Positions 29,130 to 32,000 of a stretch of DNA of 32,000 nucleotides are shown here, in pieces. Position 1 is the first letter of the stretch, and every line of letters starts with the position of its first letter. The notes beneath the pieces were generated by a model. The model was not told where the DNA came from, did not search any database, and was given only the letters and a program-made list of their open reading frames with translations. The position numbers and the translations under genes are program-made. The stretch comes from Isorropodon fossajaponicum endosymbiont JTNG4 (GTDB taxonomy: Bacteria > Pseudomonadota > Gammaproteobacteria > PS1 > Pseudothioglobaceae): NCBI RefSeq assembly GCF_016592615.1, contig NZ_AP013043.1, positions 1-32,000 of the forward strand. Direction: 5' to 3'.

Positions 29130-29297
29130 GTGGACAGAATTATCAGAATACAAGAGTTGCAAGAAATGATAGGATTATCACGCACTACCATTTGGAGAAT
29201 GGAGGGCTACGGCTCTTTTCAAAAAGAGTAAGCCTTTGGTAAAAATAGCATAGGTTGGAAACTCAGCGAAATCAATCAGTGGCTAAAAAATAAATAA
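29130..29297 (+). pseudogene. AlpA-family (prophage CP4-57-type) transcriptional regulator, frameshifted
   Basis: From GTG 29130: 'DRIIRIQELQEMIGLSRTTIWRMEGYGSFQKE*'. It continues in another frame as 'GKNSIGWKLSEINQWLKNK*'. Together these match the AlpA signature (LR..EV...tGLSRSTIyR....G.FP.PV.LG.RSVGW...EI..Wl). Confidence 0.55.
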
Positions 29298-29356
29298 ACT
29301 CACTACAAAAAATAACTGGTATACAAAGTGGTATATTTTTTGAAAACTGGAAATAA

Positions 29357-29391
29357 AAAACCCTCTTAAATACTTGATTTAAAAGGGTTTT
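29357..29391 (-). terminator. Rho-independent terminator downstream of tRNA-Met
   Basis: AAAACCCTCTTAAAT (29357-29371) pairs with ATTTAAAAGGGTTTT (29377-29391). This is a 15-bp stem with one mismatch and a T-rich tail on the minus strand. Confidence 0.6.
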
Positions 29392-29404
29392 ATTATAAAA
29401 AATA

Positions 29405-29481
29405 TGGTGGTTATAGGTGGACTTGAACCACCGACCCCAGCATTATGAATGCTGTGCTCTAACCAGCTGAGCTACATAACC
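29405..29481 (-). tRNA. tRNA with CAT anticodon (elongator tRNA-Met, though a lysidine-modified tRNA-Ile2 is not excluded)
   Basis: The minus strand reads GGTTATG-TA-GCTC-AGCTGGTTA-GAGC-A-CAGCA-TTCATAA-TGCTG-GGGTC-GGTGG-TTCAAGT-CCACC-TATAACC-ACCA. It is 77 nt, folds into a full cloverleaf and has an encoded CCA. The D-arm and variable loop closely resemble E. coli elongator tRNA-Met. Confidence 0.88.
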
Positions 29482-29558
29482 ATAAGAAGGGGGTATTATC
29501 GAAAGATTTAACGTAAATGTCAATAGATAAAGCGTAATATTGATAAAATCAATTTACT

Positions 29559-30164
29559 ATGTCAATCATTAAAATAGCACTAACGGGTGGCATTGCTTGT
29601 GGCAAATCAAAGACAAGTCAAATCTTAAGCGGTTTGGGCGTGGATGTTATCAGTCTTGACAAACTTGCACGTCAAGTTGTCAAACCTGACATGCCTGGAC
29701 TTAAAGAGTTAGTAAAACACTTTGGTAATGACATTTTTAATACTAATAAAAGCCTTAATCGTGGCGTTTTGCGTCAGCTTTTATTAGAAAGTAAATCTAA
29801 TCAACAATTAATTGAAACGGTATTGCATCCAGAAATACTAATGCGCATGCAAACTGAAATTGAGAAATTAGAAAGCAAACTAGTGGTGGTTGAAATACCA
29901 TTATTAGCTGAAAAAAACCTTACTCATTTGTTTGATAGGGCAATTATTGTTGAGTGCAATAAAGAGCAACAACTAAAAAGGCTAATTATTCGCGACAATA
30001 TTAATCTAAAAGAAGCAAAAAACATGGTTTCTGTACAAATTAGTCATTTACTGCGCTTAGAATTGTGTGACAAATTGCCTGTTGATATTATTGAAAATAA
30101 CCTAGGTATCGCTGACTTAACTCAGAAAATTAATCAATTGTATAAAAAATTAATCAATTTGTAG
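29559..30164 (+). CDS. coaE: Dephospho-CoA kinase
   Basis: P-loop 'LTGGIACGKS', and 'VVEIPLL.E' typical of CoaE. 201 aa. Confidence 0.9.
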   Translation: MSIIKIALTGGIACGKSKTSQILSGLGVDVISLDKLARQVVKPDMPGLKELVKHFGNDIFNTNKSLNRGVLRQLLLESKSNQQLIETVLHPEILMRMQTEIEKLESKLVVVEIPLLAEKNLTHLFDRAIIVECNKEQQLKRLIIRDNINLKEAKNMVSVQISHLLRLELCDKLPVDIIENNLGIADLTQKINQLYKKLINL

Positions 30165-30461
30165 TCTTTTAACAACATTACCATTAATTAGATGTTTGGT
30201 GATAATATCATTAATATCCTCTTCATCAATATACTGATACCAAACATTATCAGGATAAACAACTACCACAGGTCCATATTCACAGCTCCCAAACAGCGCG
30301 ACTCACTGACCCCAATTTTACCCTCGCCCATAAATACCCTCTTGGCGACATTTATCTTTAGCGTAACGATACATCACTTTAGCATTAAGTTGTGCGCAAC
30401 ACGCCTTGCCGTTTTTACGCATGTTGTTACAAAAGAAAATATGCCGTGTATAAAAGCTCAT
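30150..30461 (-). pseudogene. Thioredoxin-like [2Fe-2S] ferredoxin-family gene with two compensating frameshifts
   Basis: The minus strand reads 'MSFYTRHIFFCNNMRKNGKACCAQLNAKVMYRYAKDKCRQEG' in frame 1. '..GEGKIGVSESRCLG' follows in frame 2. 'CEYGPVVVVYPDNVWYQYIDEEDINDIITKHLINGNVVKRLQID*' is back in frame 1. Frame 1 has TAA and TGA stops in the middle segment. Confidence 0.6.
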
Positions 30462-30472
30462 CAAAAAAATCC

Positions 30473-31303
30473 TTATAAACCAATAGCGCGCTGATAGCAG
30501 TATTTTTTATCAATACCAGTTATTTTGGCTGCAAGCTTAGCGGCTTTTGCTGCACCCATCTCAGCGAGTAAAATGGGTAATATTTTATCCAACACCTCCT
30601 CTCCTGATATTTTATTATCTTTATCTACCGCAGAAATAAGAATCACAAACTCACCTTTTTGGTGTGCGTCATCTGTTTGTAAATAATCAATCAAATTTGA
30701 CAAAGTGTCTGTTTTAATCGTCTCAAACGACTTAGTCAACTCTTTGGCAAAACAAACAATGCGCTCATTACCTAGTACCGTTTGTAAATCTTGCGCACAG
30801 GAAAGAATGCGTTTAGGCGATTCATAAAAAATAACCACTTCATTGATGTGAGCAATTGAACGAATTGCTTTCAGACGTGCTGATTGCTTACTGGGTAAAA
30901 AACCAAAAAAACTGAATTTATCGCTAGCAATCCCTGATGCACTAATTGCGCTAATCATGGCGTTAGAGCCAGGAATGGGTGACACACTAATACCTGCTTT
31001 TTTTGCCTCGCTCACTAATACATAGCCTGGGTCGCTAATAAGTGGTGTGCCTGCATCGCTAATCAACGCAATATGCTTGCCTGCTAATAATTCACTGATT
31101 ACATCGGGCGTTTTATGCCTTTCATTATGTTCATGAAAGGCATACATGGGTGTTGTAATGTCATAATGATTAAGCAAGTGTTTGGAATGGCGTGTGTCCT
31201 CTGCTAGAATAATATCAACTATTTTTAGCATTTCAATCGCCCTAAAAGTGATATCATCTAGGTTTCCAATTGGTGTGGCAACAATATAAAGCGTTCCGTT
31301 CAT
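30473..31303 (-). CDS. rsmI: 16S rRNA (cytidine1402-2'-O)-methyltransferase
   Basis: 'LYIVATPIGNLDDITFRA...LAEDTRHS', 'SDAGTPLISDPG', and a C-terminal HTH-like tail. The start is set at the Met of 'MNGTLYIV'. The ORF opens at 31330. Confidence 0.92.
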   Translation of the reverse strand: MNGTLYIVATPIGNLDDITFRAIEMLKIVDIILAEDTRHSKHLLNHYDITTPMYAFHEHNERHKTPDVISELLAGKHIALISDAGTPLISDPGYVLVSEAKKAGISVSPIPGSNAMISAISASGIASDKFSFFGFLPSKQSARLKAIRSIAHINEVVIFYESPKRILSCAQDLQTVLGNERIVCFAKELTKSFETIKTDTLSNLIDYLQTDDAHQKGEFVILISAVDKDNKISGEEVLDKILPILLAEMGAAKAAKLAAKITGIDKKYCYQRAIGL

Positions 31304-31649
31304 GTTTAGTTTTAAAAGAAAAATTGGCAATCAGGCAGAAGACATTGCATTGGCATATTTGTCCAAACAGCGTCTTAAACTCATTGAAAAAAATTATTTA
31401 ACCCTATTGGGTGAAATAGATATTATTATGCTTGATAAAATTAGCCAAACATTAGTTTTTATTGAAGTTCGCTATCGTGCTAATATTCGTTTTGGCACTG
31501 CGATAGAAACGGTTACTCACAAAAAGCAAGCAAATATAATTCGCACTGCTGAATTATATTTACAAAGACATCAAAAATATCAAGATTATCTGTGCAGGTT
31601 TGATGTTATCGGGCTTGAATCTGATTTAAAATATCCTAAAATCAATTAG
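31302..31649 (+). CDS. yraN: YraN-family (UPF0102) putative endonuclease
   Basis: 'G...E..A..YL', 'GEIDIIM', 'LVFIEVRYR' and 'RFDVIG'. 115 aa. Confidence 0.85.
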   Translation: MFSFKRKIGNQAEDIALAYLSKQRLKLIEKNYLTLLGEIDIIMLDKISQTLVFIEVRYRANIRFGTAIETVTHKKQANIIRTAELYLQRHQKYQDYLCRFDVIGLESDLKYPKIN

Positions 31650-31678
31650 ATAAAAGACGCTTTCGAAAACTAAACATC

Positions 31679-32000
31679 ATGAAAAAAATCACTCTATCAA
31701 TACTTCTAATAGCAATCTCTTTATTTCTAACAAGTTGTGCACCAACCATTCAAGGCGCCTCAACCGTTAGTTCGGTCATTTCAATAAGTAATGACAGACG
31801 TAGTATTGGAGAAATACTAGATGATAAAACTATTGCTTTAAGGCTATTAACCTGGTCTGGCGAAGATTCAACACTAAGTGATGCGCATCTTAATTTCATG
31901 GTTTATAACAAAACAGTACTCATTACTGGAGAAGTATCAACACCCGAAATGCGCATTTATGCTAGCAAGCAAGCACAACTTCAAGTGCCAAAAATTTCAC
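31679..32000 (+). CDS. BON-domain lipoprotein (DolP/YraP-like), 3' partial at the window edge
   Basis: Lipobox 'LFLTSC'. 'RRSIGEILDDKTIALRL' and 'NFMVYNKTVLITGEV' are BON-domain-like. It has the usual position downstream of yraN. Confidence 0.75.
   Translation, partial: MKKITLSILLIAISLFLTSCAPTIQGASTVSSVISISNDRRSIGEILDDKTIALRLLTWSGEDSTLSDAHLNFMVYNKTVLITGEVSTPEMRIYASKQAQLQVPKIS

Noticed and set aside
29326-29337. The 12-mer AAGTGGTATATT occurs in direct orientation at both 24853-24864 and 29326-29337, near the two ends of the island. It could be an attL/attR pair.
   Set aside because: A single 12-nt match in 32 kb of AT-rich DNA is expected by chance many times over. It does not overlap the tRNA 3' end, where att sites of tRNA-targeting elements normally lie. 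It might be worth a look only if whole-genome comparison places the island boundaries exactly there.
30192-30494. A 100-aa plus-strand ORF between coaE and rsmI.
   Set aside because: It is antisense to the recognisable [2Fe-2S] ferredoxin-like pseudogene. Its product is hydrophobic and low-complexity, and there is no RBS.

Overview
This is a visibly AT-rich gammaproteobacterial chromosome segment that starts at the replication-initiation cluster (dnaA, dnaN, a decayed recF, gyrB). It continues with a stand-alone phosphoribulokinase gene, an AddB-like nuclease, engB, two c-type cytochrome genes and the proteostasis cluster tig-clpP-clpX-hflX-lon. It ends with coaE, rsmI, yraN and a BON-domain lipoprotein gene. 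The gene content (prk, cytochrome c4, an exported DsrE-like protein, a secreted Gly/Asn/Trp repeat protein) fits a chemoautotrophic sulfur oxidiser of the SUP05 or bivalve-symbiont type; this is inference only. The main theme is gene decay in the non-essential parts of the window, while every essential gene is intact. I count at least ten pseudogenes or gene remnants: recF, a pncC tail, a LytTR tail, phoR, phoB, a Sel1 lipoprotein, a [2Fe-2S] ferredoxin-like gene, an AlpA-like gene, and a GHKL ATPase with its downstream membrane-protein ORF. There are also four insertion-sequence copies or remnants: two defective IS3-family copies, one IS5-family remnant and one IS256-family remnant split by a nested IS3. 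The best candidate for an accessory system lies in a roughly 4.8 kb degraded island on the 3' side of a tRNA-Met gene. It is a three-gene module: a STAS-like/GHKL ATPase fusion, a DUF4325-type STAS-like partner, and a small membrane-anchored coiled-coil protein. It resembles a partner-switching kinase/substrate pair, but it carries several inactivating lesions and is very probably non-functional in this genome. I found no CRISPR array, rRNA gene or intact integrase. All homology calls come from reading motifs by eye and need HMM or BLAST confirmation.
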